The position numbers and the translations under genes were made by a program. Positions 1 through 11,290 of a stretch of DNA of 64,000 nt are shown here, one piece after another; within the stretch, counting starts at the first letter, position 1, and each line of letters begins with the position of its first letter. The notes beneath the pieces were generated by a model. The model ran no database searches and had not been told where the DNA came from. It saw only the letters and a program-made list of their open reading frames with translations. Source of the DNA: Asterias rubens (Eukaryota); NCBI RefSeq assembly GCF_902459465.1, contig NC_047068.1, forward strand, positions 14,756,001 through 14,820,000, given 5' to 3'.

Positions 1-3000
1 AACACTCAAAATTTGATTGATGCAAATGTAAGCCTATAGCCTTGATGCATTTTATGGCAAAGTTTGATGAATACGCTAACCTATAATAGCCTTGTTGCAT
101 TTTGAGGCAAAATTTGATGAATACGCTAACCTATAATAGCCTTGTTGCATTTTGAGGCAAAACTTGATGAATACGCAAGCCTATAGTCTTGATGCATTTT
201 ATGGCAAAGTTTGATGAATACGCTAACCTATAATAGCCTTGTTGCATTTTGAGGCAAAATTTGATGAATACGCAAGCCTATAGCCTTGGTGCATTTTGAG
301 GTAAAATTTGATGAAAACGCCGCAAGCCTATAGCCTTGTTATATTTTGAGGCAAAATTTGATGAATACGCAAGCCTATAGCCTTGTTGCATTTTGAGGCA
401 ACATTTGATGAATACGCAAGCCTATAGCCTTGTTACATTTTGAGGCAACATTTTGATGAATACGCAAGCCTATAGCCTTGTTGCATTTTGAGGCAAAATT
501 TGATGAATACGCAAGCCTATAGCCTTGATGCATTTTATGGCAAAGTTTGATGAATACGCTAACCTATAATAGCCTTGTTGCATTTTGAGGCAAAATTTGA
601 TGAGTACGCAAGCCTATAGCCTTGGTGCATTTTGAGGTAAAATTTGATGAAAACGCCGCAAGCCTATAGCCTTGTTATATTTTGAGTCAAAATTTGATGA
701 ATACGCTAACCTATATTAGCCTTGTTGCATTTTGAGGCAAAATTTGATGAATACGCAAGCCTATAGCCTTGATGCATTTTATGGCAAAGTTTGATGAATA
801 CGCTAACCTATAATAGCCTTGTTACATTTTGAGGCGAAATTTGATGAATACGCAAGCCTATAAGCCTTGGTGCATTTTGAGGTAAAATTTGATGAAAACG
901 CCGCAAGCCTATAGCCTTGTTGCATTTTGAGGCAAAATTTGATGAATACGCTAACCTATAATAGCCTTGTTGCATTTTGAGGCAAAATTTGATGAATACC
1001 CAAGCCTATAGCCTTGGTGCATTTTGAGGTAAAATTTGATGAATACGCAAGCCTATAGCCTTGTTGCATTTTGAGGCAAAGTTTGATGAATACGCAAGCC
1101 TATAGCCTTGATGCATTTTATGGCAAAGTTTGATGAATACGCTAACCTATAATAGCCTTGTTGCATTTTGAGGCAAAGTTTGATGAATACGCAAGCCTAT
1201 AGCCTTGTTGCATTTTGAGGCAACATTTGATGAATACGCAAGCCTATAGCCTTGTTATATTTTGAGGCAAAATTTGATTAATACGCAAGCCTATAGCCTT
1301 GTTGCATTTTGAGGCAAAATTTGATGAATACGCAAGCCTATAGCCTTGTTACATTTTGAGGCAAAATTTGATGAATACGCAAGCCTATAGCCTCGTTGCA
1401 TTTTGAGGCCAAATTTGATGAATACGCAAGCCTATAGCCTTGATGCATTTTACGGCAAAGTTTGATGAATACGCTAACCTATAATAGCCTTGTTACATTT
1501 TGAGGCAAAATTTGATGAATACGCAAGCCTATAGCCTTGTTACATTTTGAGGCAACATTTGATGAATACGCAAGCCTTTAGCCTTGTTACATTTTGAGGC
1601 GAAATTTGATGAATACGCAAGCCTATAGCCTTGTTGCATTTTATGGCAAAGTTTGATGAAAACGCAAGCCTATAGCCTTGTTGCATTTTGAGGCAAAATT
1701 TGATGAATACGCAAGCCTATAGCCTTGATGCATTTTATGGCAAAGTTTGATGAATACGCTAACCTATAATAGCCTTGTTGCATTTTGAGGCAAAATTTGA
1801 TGAATACGCAAGCCTATAGCCTTGATGCATTTTATGGCAAAGTTTGATGAATACGCTAACCTATAATAGCCTTGTTGCATTTTGAGGCAAAATTTGATGA
1901 ATACGCAAGCCTATAGCCTTGGTGCATTTTAAGGCAAAATTTGATGAATACGCAAGCCTATAGCCTTGTTATATTTTGAGGCAAAGTTTGATGAATACGC
2001 AAGCCTATAGCCTTGATGCATTTTAAGGCAAAATTTGATGAATACGCAAGCCTATAGCCTTGTTACATTTTAAGGCAATATTTGATGAATACGCAAGCCT
2101 ATAGCCTTGTTACATTTTGAGGCAACATTTGATGAATACGCAAGCCTATAGCCTTGTTGCATTTTGAGGCAAAATTTGATGAATACGCAAGCCTATAGCC
2201 TTGATGCATTTTATGGCAAAGTTTGATGAATACGCTAACCTATAATAGCCTTGTTGCATTTTGAGGCAAAATTTGATGAATACGCAAGCCTATAGCCTTG
2301 GTGCATTTTGAGGTAAAATTTGATGAAAACGCTGCAAGCCTATAGCCTTGTTATATTTTGAGGCAAAATTTGATGAATACGCAAGCCTATAGGCTTGTTG
2401 CATTTTGAGGCAAAATTTGATGAATACTCAAGCCTATAGCCTTGTTGCATTTTGAGGCAAAATTTGATGAAAACGCCGCAAGCCTATAGCCTTGTTATAT
2501 TTTGAGGCAAAATTTGATGAATACGCAAGCCTATAGCCTTGTTGCATTTTGAGGCAAAATTTGATGAATACGCAAGCCTATAGCCTTGTTACATTTTGAG
2601 GCAAAATTTGATGAATACGCAAGCCTATAGCCTCGTTGCATTTTGAGGCCAAATTTGATGAATACGCAAGCCTATAGCCTTGATGCATTTTACGGCAAAG
2701 TTTGATGAATACGCTAACCTATAATAGCCTTGTTACATTTTGAGGCAAAATTTGATGAATACGCAAGCCTATAGCCTTGTTACATTTTGAGGCAACATTT
2801 GATGAATACGCAAGCCTTTAGCCTTGTTACATTTTGAGGCGAAATTTGATGAATACGCAAGCCTATAGCCTTGTTGCATTTTATGGCAAAGTTTGATGAA
2901 AACGCAAGCCTATAGCCTTGTTGCATTTTGAGGCAAAATTTGATGAATACGCAAGCCTATAGCCTTGATGCATTTTATGGCAAAGTTTGATGAATACGCT

Positions 3001-4560
3001 AACCTATAATAGCCTTGTTGCATTTTGAGGCAAAATTTGATGAATACGCAAGCCTATAGCCTTGATGCATTTTATGGCAAAGTTTGATGAATACGCTAAC
3101 CTATAATAGCCTTGTTGCATTTTGAGGCAAAATTTGATGAATACGCAAGCCTATAGCCTTGGTGCATTTTAAGGCAAAATTTGTTGAATACGCAAGCCTA
3201 TAGCCTTGTTATATTTTGAGGCAAAGTTTGATGAATACGCAAGCCTATAGCCTTGATGCATTTTAAGGCAAAATTTGATGAATACGCAAGCCTATAGCCT
3301 TGTTACATTTTAAGGCAATATTTGATGAATACGCAAGCCTATAGCCTTGTTACATTTTGAGGCAACATTTGATGAATACGCAAGCCTATAGCCTTGTTGC
3401 ATTTTGAGGCAAAATTTGATGAATACGCAAGCCTATAGCCTTGATGCATTTTATGGCAAAGTTTTATGAATACGCTAACCTATAATAGCCTTGTTGCATT
3501 TTGAGGCAAAATTTGATGAATACGCAAGCCTATAGCCTTGGGGCATTTTAAGGCAAAATTTGATGAATACGCAAGCCTATAGCCTTGTTATATTTTGAGG
3601 CAAAGTTTGATGAATACGCAAGCCTATAGCCTTGATGCATTTTAAGGCAAAATTTGATGAATACGCAAGCCTATAGCCTTGTTACATTTTAAGGCAAAAT
3701 TTGATGAATACGCAAGCCTATAGCCTTGGTGCATTTTAAGGCAAAATTTGATGAATACGCAAGCCTATAGCCTTATTACATTTTAAGGCAAAATTTGATG
3801 AATACGCAAGCCTATAGCCTTGATGCATTTTATGGCAAAGTTTGATGAATATGCTAACCTTTAATAGCCTTGTTGCATTTTGAGGCAACATTTTATGAAT
3901 ACGCAAGCCTATAATAGCCTTGTTGCATTTTGAGGCAAAGTTTGATGAATACGCAAGCCGCCTTGTTGCATTTTGAGGCAAAATTTGATGAATACGTAAG
4001 CCTATAGCCTTGATGCATTTTATGGCAAAGTTTGATGAATATGCTAACCTATAATAGCCTTGTTGCATTTTGAGGCAACATTTTATGAATACGCAAGCCT
4101 ATAATAGCCTTGTTGCATTTTGAGGCAAAGTTTGATGAATACGCAAGCCTATAGCCTTGGTGCATTTTGAGGCAAAATTTGATGAATACGCAAGCCTATA
4201 ATAGCCTTGTTGCATTTTGAGGCAAAATTTGATGACAATGCAAGCCTATAGCCTTGTTGCATTTTATGGTAAAGGTTTATGAATACTTAAGCCTTGTTGC
4301 ATTTTGAGGCAACATTTGATGAATACGCAAGCCTATAGTCTTGTTATTTTGAGGCAAAATATAGCCTTGTTACATTTTGAGGCAAAATTTGATGAATACC
4401 AAGCCTATAATAGCCTTGTTGCATTTTGAGGCAAAATTTGATGAATACGCAAGCCTTTAGCCTTGTTGCATTTTATGCCAAAGTTTGATGAATACTTAAG
4501 CCTTGTTGCATTTTGAGGCAACATTTGATGAATTTGTTACATTTTGAGGCAAAATTTTGT
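1..4560. repeat. Homogeneous tandem satellite, 47-bp unit (GCAAGCCTATAGCCTTGTTGCATTTTGAGGCAAAATTTGATGAATAC) with 50-bp variants; runs off the window start
   Basis: Period read directly (ATGAATACGC at 361 and 408). Recurrent variants GCTAACCTATAATAG and GAAAACGCCGCAAG add 3 bp. Decays from ~4200. Confidence 0.98.
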
Positions 4561-6200
4561 GAATACGCAAGCCTACAGCCTAATTGCAATTTAGGGCAAA
4601 ATTTGATAAATTCGCAAGCCTTGGATAAATATGCTAGGCTAAAGCCTTGTTGCATTTCCGTGCAAAATTTGAGCAACATCGATAAATATGCAAGCCTTGT
4701 TGCACTTTGAGGCAAAATGTGAGAAAACTGGATAAATTTTGAGGCAAAATGTGAGAAAATTTGATAAATATGCAAAAGCCTTGTTGCATTTTGAGGCAAA
4801 ATGTGAGAAAATTTGATAAATATGCAAAAGCCTTGTTGCATTTTCGTGCAAAGTGTGAAAAACATTCGAAAAACATTTAGAAGAAAAATTGTGAGAAAAA
4901 TTTGATAAATATGCAAGGCTAAATGCCTTGTCGCATTTTCATGAAAAATTTGAGCAACATTCGATAAATACGCAAAGCCTTGTTGCATTTTCGTGCAAAG
5001 TGTGAAATACATTCGAAAAGCATGCAAGGCTAAAAACCTTGTTGCATTTTGAGGAAAAATTGTGAGAAAAATTTGATAAATATGCATTGCTATAGCCTTG
5101 TTGCATTTTCATGAAAAATTTGAGCAAAATTCGATAAATATGCAAGGCTAAAGCCTTGTTGCATTTTCGTGCGAAAATTGAGCAAGATTCCTTAAATAAA
5201 GCCTTGTTGCATTTTGAGGCAAAATGTGAGAAAAATTTGATAAACATGCAAAGCTAAAGCCTAGTTGCGTTTTGAGGCAAAATGTGATAAATTTGGATAA
5301 ATATGCAAGGCTTTGTTTATTTTCGTGCAAATTTTGAGCAAACATTTGATTATATGCAAGGCTAAAGCCTTGTTGCATTTTGAAGCAAATTTGAAAAAAA
5401 AATTATAAATATGTAAGGCCTTGTTACATTTTTCGTGCAAAATTTGAGCAACATTTGATGAATACACAAGGCCTTGTTTTATTTTGAGGCAAAATGTGAG
5501 AAAAATTAGATAAACATGCAAGGTTAAAGCCTTGTTGCGTTTTGAGGAAAAATTGTTAGAAAAATTTGATAAATATGTTGCATTTTGAGGCAAAATAAGA
5601 GAAAATTTTGATAAACATGCAAGGCTAATACCTTGCTGCATTTTGAGACAAAATGTGAGTAAATTTAATAAATATGCAAGGCTAAAAAAGCCTTGTTGCA
5701 TTTTTCGTGCAAAACTTGAGCAACATTCGATGAATATGCAAGGCCTTGATGCATTTTGAGGCAAAATGTGAGAAAAATTTGGTAAATATGTAATGCTATA
5801 GCCTTGTTGCTTTTTCATGCAAAATTTTAGCAACATTTGATAAATACGCAAGGCCTTGTTGCATTTTGAAGCAAAATGTGAGAAAAATTCGATAAATATG
5901 CAAGGCTAAAGCATTGATGCATTTTGAGGCAAAATGTGAGTAAATTTAACAAATACGCAAGGCTAAAAAAGCCTTGTTGCATTTTTCGTGCAAAACTTGA
6001 GCAACATTCGATGAATACGCAAGGCCTTGTTGCATTTTGAAGCAAAATGTGAGAAAAATTCGATAAATATGCAAGGCTAAAGCATTGATGCATTTTGAGG
6101 CAAAATGTGAGAAAGTTTGATAATTAATATGCAAGTCTAAAGCCTTATTGCATTTTCGGACAAAATTTGGGTAAAATTTGATAAATACGCATTGCTATGA
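4561..6200. repeat. Older, diverged layer of the same satellite family (alternating ~57-bp and ~51-bp units)
   Basis: Shared core GCCTTGTTGCATTTT; units alternate ...GAGGCAAAATGTGAGAAAAATTTGATAAATAT and ...CGTGCAAAATTTGAGCAACATTCGAT; local duplications near 5677/5957 and 5861/6032. Confidence 0.93.
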
Positions 6201-6925
6201 ACCCTTGTTACATAACATCAGTTATGTTCATGTTCAACACCATCTTCACATTTGCTTCACATGTTGATAGTTCCAAGGCTGCAACAGGTGTCAGCCCTCC
6301 ATTAAGTACAGCTTGAATCTCCCTGGGTTCGTTCATTCAGGCCTTGCTTCGTTCATTCAGGCCTTGCTTATGAACTGACACTGTTAACTTTGGTGCTGCT
6401 TCGTGGGTGACAATCGGTCCTTAGGAGATGCAGTTGTTAATACCACCTCGCAGTTGGTTCATATGTAAAATAAAGCAATTATTCTTGCATTAGGCTTGTT
6501 TTAATAATCTGATCAATTCAACAAACTTGTGTTTGATGGTTTTTCACAGCATACACTACATGAGGAAAAAATAAACAAAACCGTAGTCAATGGTGTTTAT
6601 GATTGGTAAAAAGACATTTTTGTTCATTTGGGGGCGGGGGACTCTGATGAGCAACGGGCCAGGGCTCCGCTTAAGCGCTTGAATACAAAGGGGCAAAGAC
6701 ATGTCGGGGGGGGGGGGGGGCTTTCAATGTATCAAACCTCACATTCTACATTGTTCAACCTCATAGAGAAAGGGTTTTAAGCAAGAGTTGGCTCCTACTT
6801 AATACTAAAATTAAACACAATGTAAATTATGCTAACTATGCATCAGAATGCTATGAGGGACTTAATATCCCAGCCCTTATACAGGCTCATCACAGCTAAA
6901 TTTCTTAGTTGTTGTATAAACTCAC

Positions 6926-9400
6926 CTGTACAGTACATGATGGACACATCGAGTTGTCGGTGCCAGCGGTTTTCTTGATAAATGGAAAGATTGGAGCTGT
7001 CAGCAAAAGGTACACGTCTGAGAGGAATAAAAATAAGTTAACAAGTTAAAGTTTATTTCAACAAAATTTTGTTCCCTTAGCAGCACTTGACACTATTGGT
7101 AATAGTACTCAAAATAATTGCTAGCATAAAAACTTAATTGGTATAAACGACCAATGGAGAGCTGTTGATAGTATAAAACATTAAGAGAAATGGCTCCCTC
7201 TGAAGGAACAAAGTATTTGAGACAGAAGTAATTTCTCACTAAAATTGAATTCAAGACCTCAGCTGAGGTCTCAAAATAGCATCCCCAAAGCACACAACTT
7301 TGCGACAAGGGCGTTTTTCTTCCACTATTGTCTCACACTTTCGATGACCAAATGAGTTCAAATTTTCACAGGTTTGTTCATTTATGCATATGTTGAGATA
7401 CACCACATGGGAATTCAAGACTGGTCTTTGACAATTACCAAAGGTGTCCAAAGCCTTTAAGCATCTAAGAGTGAAGCGTTGCTAAGAGAAGCCAACATGG
7501 CATCGCTTACTATTAACAATGCATGAATCCATTGATCAGTCCAGTCACTGCTGAGAAATCTCGCTCCTTTGACCAAATGCTGCCCCCCCCCCCATCCGTG
7601 CATATTTTAAATCTATTAAAATAGTTTGCTGCTAAAACCTAGGATTCAAACTGTACTAGGGCAATTTCAATGGTCTGTAGCTGTGTTTGAACCCCACCTG
7701 AGTAATATGCCTTTTGATTTTTTCCACCTGAGTGCCAGCACACATTTGTATAGGTCAAACTAAAATAATATTCTTCCCAATGGAAAGTTAACACTTTAGC
7801 ATATAGAATGTTGTTTAAATTGTACCTTTATTTTGTTACTTACCTGTAGATAAAATGGATCAGTCCTTATTTTAACTTACCTTTTTACAAACTTAGTGGA
7901 ACAGTCTTATTAGCATAACTCAAACTAGTTTTACATACACTCAGCACAGGGAGTGGATTGCCTCATGCACTGTAACCATGTGGTATGTTTCTTTGGTTGA
8001 AATTAGCTTTTGTTGCACACACATTACTTGTTGTTGCACCATTCGTTACTTTTTTCATATGGTGGAATGTTTCTTTAAACCTTTAAAGTAGGGTTTCATA
8101 AGGCTTAATGTAGCACGTAGAAGTAAAAATAAATTTGAAAACTTGTTATTACAGACCTAATATGGACGAATATTCCCTATCATAGAAAACTCTTTGTGTT
8201 TACCTTTTCTTTTAGACCTCATCTTGATTATAACTTGATTGCACATCCCAAGGCAGTAACATGCTTAGTAGAAATGCACCTGTTCTGTAGCACAGTTCTC
8301 CTCACTATAAAACACAAACAAGTAAGAAATAAATATGGTAAATTTATCTTCCTCCCAAAGAAATAAACTTTAAGGTCTTCAAATGTTGGTTGGAGTAGAC
8401 CTTGGGAGTATGCAGCCTGCGAACGCCCCCACCCCCCCCCCCAAATTCCCCCTAAAAAAGGAAACAAAAGTCCACCCCCAAATAGAAACACACCAAAATA
8501 AAACTTTAAAAAACAAAAAAATCTGCCCCCCCCCCCTCAAAAAACACAATTTTGTTTTGTTTTCAATAATTAAAAAAAGGCTGCCCCCTCAAACAAAACC
8601 CACAAAACATTACAAGATACAATCTGCCCCCCCCCCTAAGAAAAGAACCCCCCCCCCATTTGCCACATATAATGCATGGGCACACTTTTGCGCAACAGCA
8701 AACAGCGAAAGTGATGGTGCCCTCTGTTGCCCAGTCATCATATTAAGGAAGTGAGACTTTCAACATGCTTTTTTAATGGGGATATCAATATCATGTTAGG
8801 AGGGGGCGATGTTGTCTGCAAATACATTTTGGAAAATGAAGAAGAAAAAACCTATAAACATTAAACAAGTAAATGAAGCCATTAGCACCCCCACAGTACA
8901 ACAATGAACAAATGAAACTGGGAACATTTTCCCCATGTCGCCACCAATTCATCCGCCCTTAATTAGCTCCAATTCCACTGAATTTTTATAATCTGATTTG
9001 AGTAAATTAAATAAGTGTTGGTAGGGTACAGACATTTTTCAAACCCTGTTTGCAATCACTATGTAACTAAAAATAATACAATATTAAATTTCCTAAACAT
9101 GTCCTTATAATAATATACAGCAAATGTTAAACATGTCGGTCACGTGTGTGTTTCGAAACTGCCGCCGTGTCGAACGGCAAGGACCGCAAGGTCTATTGTT
9201 TGGCTTACCCATTGTTTGCCTTATTTTTACCGTTTCAGAAACTCATAAAGAAACGAAAGAAGTATTCTACGAATGCTATAAAGCATACTCTACTCACCTC
9301 TTTCATTGTTGTAGTTATTGTGTCGACTTAATTACATGTAAATTGTGAAAGAACATGAGAGAAAATTCTTGAGCATTCAGCCATTTTGTCTTGCAAGCGG
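6926..9400 (-). ncRNA. Candidate spliced non-coding or small-ORF transcript; exons ~9400-9298, 8304-8204, 7017-6926; 3' end unresolved
   Basis: Donors GAG|GTGAGT (9298), AAG|GTAAAC (8204), CAG|GTGAGT (6926); pyrimidine-rich acceptors before 8304 and 7017; promoter-like motifs at 9380-9454; only short ORFs. Confidence 0.4.
7077..7460. mobile_element. MITE family A (TTAA-flanked, T2/Kolobok-type), degenerate left end
   Basis: TIR-like GACACTATTGGTAAT ... ATTACCAAAGGTGTCCAAAGCCT-TTAA; internal sequence shared with the other family A copies. Confidence 0.85.
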
Positions 9401-9454
9401 GCGAAGTGACGCGCGCGCGCATACACCCACGCACATCACGTGAGTAATTTGCAT
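9380..9454 (-). promoter_or_regulatory. CpG-rich promoter-like cluster: YY1-like CAAAATGGC (minus strand), (GC)n, E-box TCACGTGA, octamer ATTTGCAT
   Basis: GCCATTTTG at 9380-9388, TCACGTGA at 9436-9443, ATTTGCAT at 9447-9454, directly upstream of the 9298 donor. Confidence 0.4.
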
Positions 9455-9794
9455 ATCACGAAGGTCCCTGGGATATTACGGTGATACCAAAACAAATTAG
9501 ACGTTATGAGAGAACTTTATTTTCTTGATAATGAAGGGACGATGTAGAATTAATAATAATCATTTATATATATTATGAACTTTGATAGTTTAGCTAACAG
9601 TGGATTTTTGAAACTGTTTTGGAGAGTTTAGGAGCAAGTATTAGGGAAGAAGGAGCTTTGAGATGTTTCAACCCTAAATGAACACCCCTATATTTAATAA
9701 TAGAACATGCAAGCCATTTCGGTAAGTCCTGGATCCAGGCTAGGGGCGGGGGAAAGGGTGGGGTGGCGGGCAGTAGTAGATTTGATATACACAG

Positions 9795-9920
9795 TCTAGC
9801 CTTTTTGAATTTTAGGGCAAAATTTTCTAAACGCGCAAGGCCTTGTTGCATTTGATAAATAAGCAATGTAGCTTTGTAGCAAAATTTGAGAAGTATGCAT
9901 TCAAGGTTTATAGCTTTTCA
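9795..9920. repeat. Detached relic of the satellite family
   Basis: TAGGGCAAAATTTT...GCAAGGCCTTGTTGCATTTGATAAAT...GCAAAATTTGAG matches the 4561-6200 units. Confidence 0.7.
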
Positions 9921-10432
9921 AGATGACTGATATATTATTCCAACACCCCAACCTTCTGATGCAGAAGGCTGTACTGATGATTTCTAATGTAACTTGACCT
10001 GCGAAAGCCCCTATTAGCTTTATTTTGAAAAATATAGATACCTGAAAAATTGCCACCCCCCCAAAAAAAAAAGTATCATAAGGGGTTTTTCCCCCTTCAA
10101 ATTAGGCCAATAGGGCCCTAGTTTTAAGCTCCCATTGTATGATCGAAATTGATGCAGTAGGCTCTAATTGTGCCTTTGAATGTAACTTGACCTTGGATAT
10201 ATACTTTAATTCTTTTACTTCATATGGGGTATAAGTCAAGCATTTTTCTCAAATTTGGGCCGTTTGTTTTATGTTCCGATTTAATGCTAAAAAAAAGATG
10301 CAGTAGGCTCTACCTATCGATTGTTCCAATTATTAGTTACTGCTTAAACACCATTTCTTATCTCTTTTTTTATTATTATAAACCTTGTACACTCAATGTA
10401 GTTTTGCCATTTGCAACTAAATTTGATGCTTT

Positions 10433-10818
10433 TTAAAGACAGTGGACACTATTGGTAATTGTCAAAGACTAGTCTTCACAGTTCGTGTACCTCAACATAT
10501 GCATAAAATAACAAACCTGTGAAAATTTGAGCTCAATCAGTCGTCGAAGTTGCGAGATAATAATGACAGAAAAAACACCCTCGTCATACGAAGTTGTGTG
10601 CTTTCTGATGCTTGATTTTGAGACCTCAAATTCTAAACTTGAGGTCTCGAAATCAAATTTGTGGAAAACTACTTCTTTCTCAAAAACTACGTCACTTCAG
10701 AGAGAGCCACATCTCACAATGTTTTATACTATCAACCTCTCCCCATTACTGGTAATCAAGAAAGGTTTTATGATGATAATTATTCTGAGATATTACCATT
10801 AGTGTCCACTGCCTTTAG
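10433..10818. mobile_element. MITE family A copy
   Basis: TTAA-AGACAGTGGACACTATTGGTAAT ... ATTACCATTAGTGTCCACTGCCT-TTAG; ~385 bp. Confidence 0.92.
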
Positions 10819-11290
10819 TAATTGATGAACAATGAGTGTGACAATAACAGACCATATTGGTGGTTTATTTATATCAATTTCTTTATTTCTGACTCTGATT
10901 AAGCAAACACAACACAACAATGATGTGTTTATTACAACTGTTGAGGTAAAACAAGCTGAACCATTCAAAATAAATTTAGTTTTTAACCCTCTACTCCCAA
11001 GGGTGTACAAATCTTTTCCTTTCTAACAACCAAGTCCAACATCCATAACATTACAGTACGCCTGCCAACATATTTTTATCAAGCATGATATTTGTTCCTA
11101 GGGAAAAAGTAGGAACCTTTTTATTGAGTACAAGGGCTAACCTACATATACGCATGGTGTAGGCTCTAATAGGCCATTTAATCCCATTTTTTCCCTACAT
11201 TTTCCAAGGAGAAAAAAATGGAAGTCAGACTTAAGTAGAAAAAATATCATGCCTGTTTTATATAAACATTTGAAGACTGCAAATTTGTTG

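Noticed and set aside
1-4560. CRISPR-like regular repeat
   Set aside because: Units are contiguous with no unique spacers, there are no cas genes, and the context is eukaryotic.
3736-6134. Many overlapping minus-strand ORFs (up to 204 aa)
   Set aside because: Translations of satellite units in several frames at once; no protein-like composition or splice context.
6328-6367. Short tandem duplications (20 bp here; 18 bp at 14108, 20 bp at ~16315, ~160 bp at 28811/28973)
   Set aside because: Ordinary slippage or repair duplications in non-coding DNA with no further structure.
6856-6867. AGGGACTTAAT complementary to a conserved 18S rRNA segment (possible plus-strand guide RNA)
   Set aside because: No proper C or D boxes on that strand, the match is short, and the target sequence may differ in invertebrates.
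8383-8754. 123-aa Pro/Lys-rich ORF
   Set aside because: Produced by alternating poly-C and poly-A low-complexity tracts.
10527-10802. Recurrent ORFs reading ...DFETSNSKLEVSKSNLWKTTSFSKTTSLQRE... (also 20403-20633, 59597-59827)
   Set aside because: Chance open frames inside family A MITE copies; no transposase motifs.
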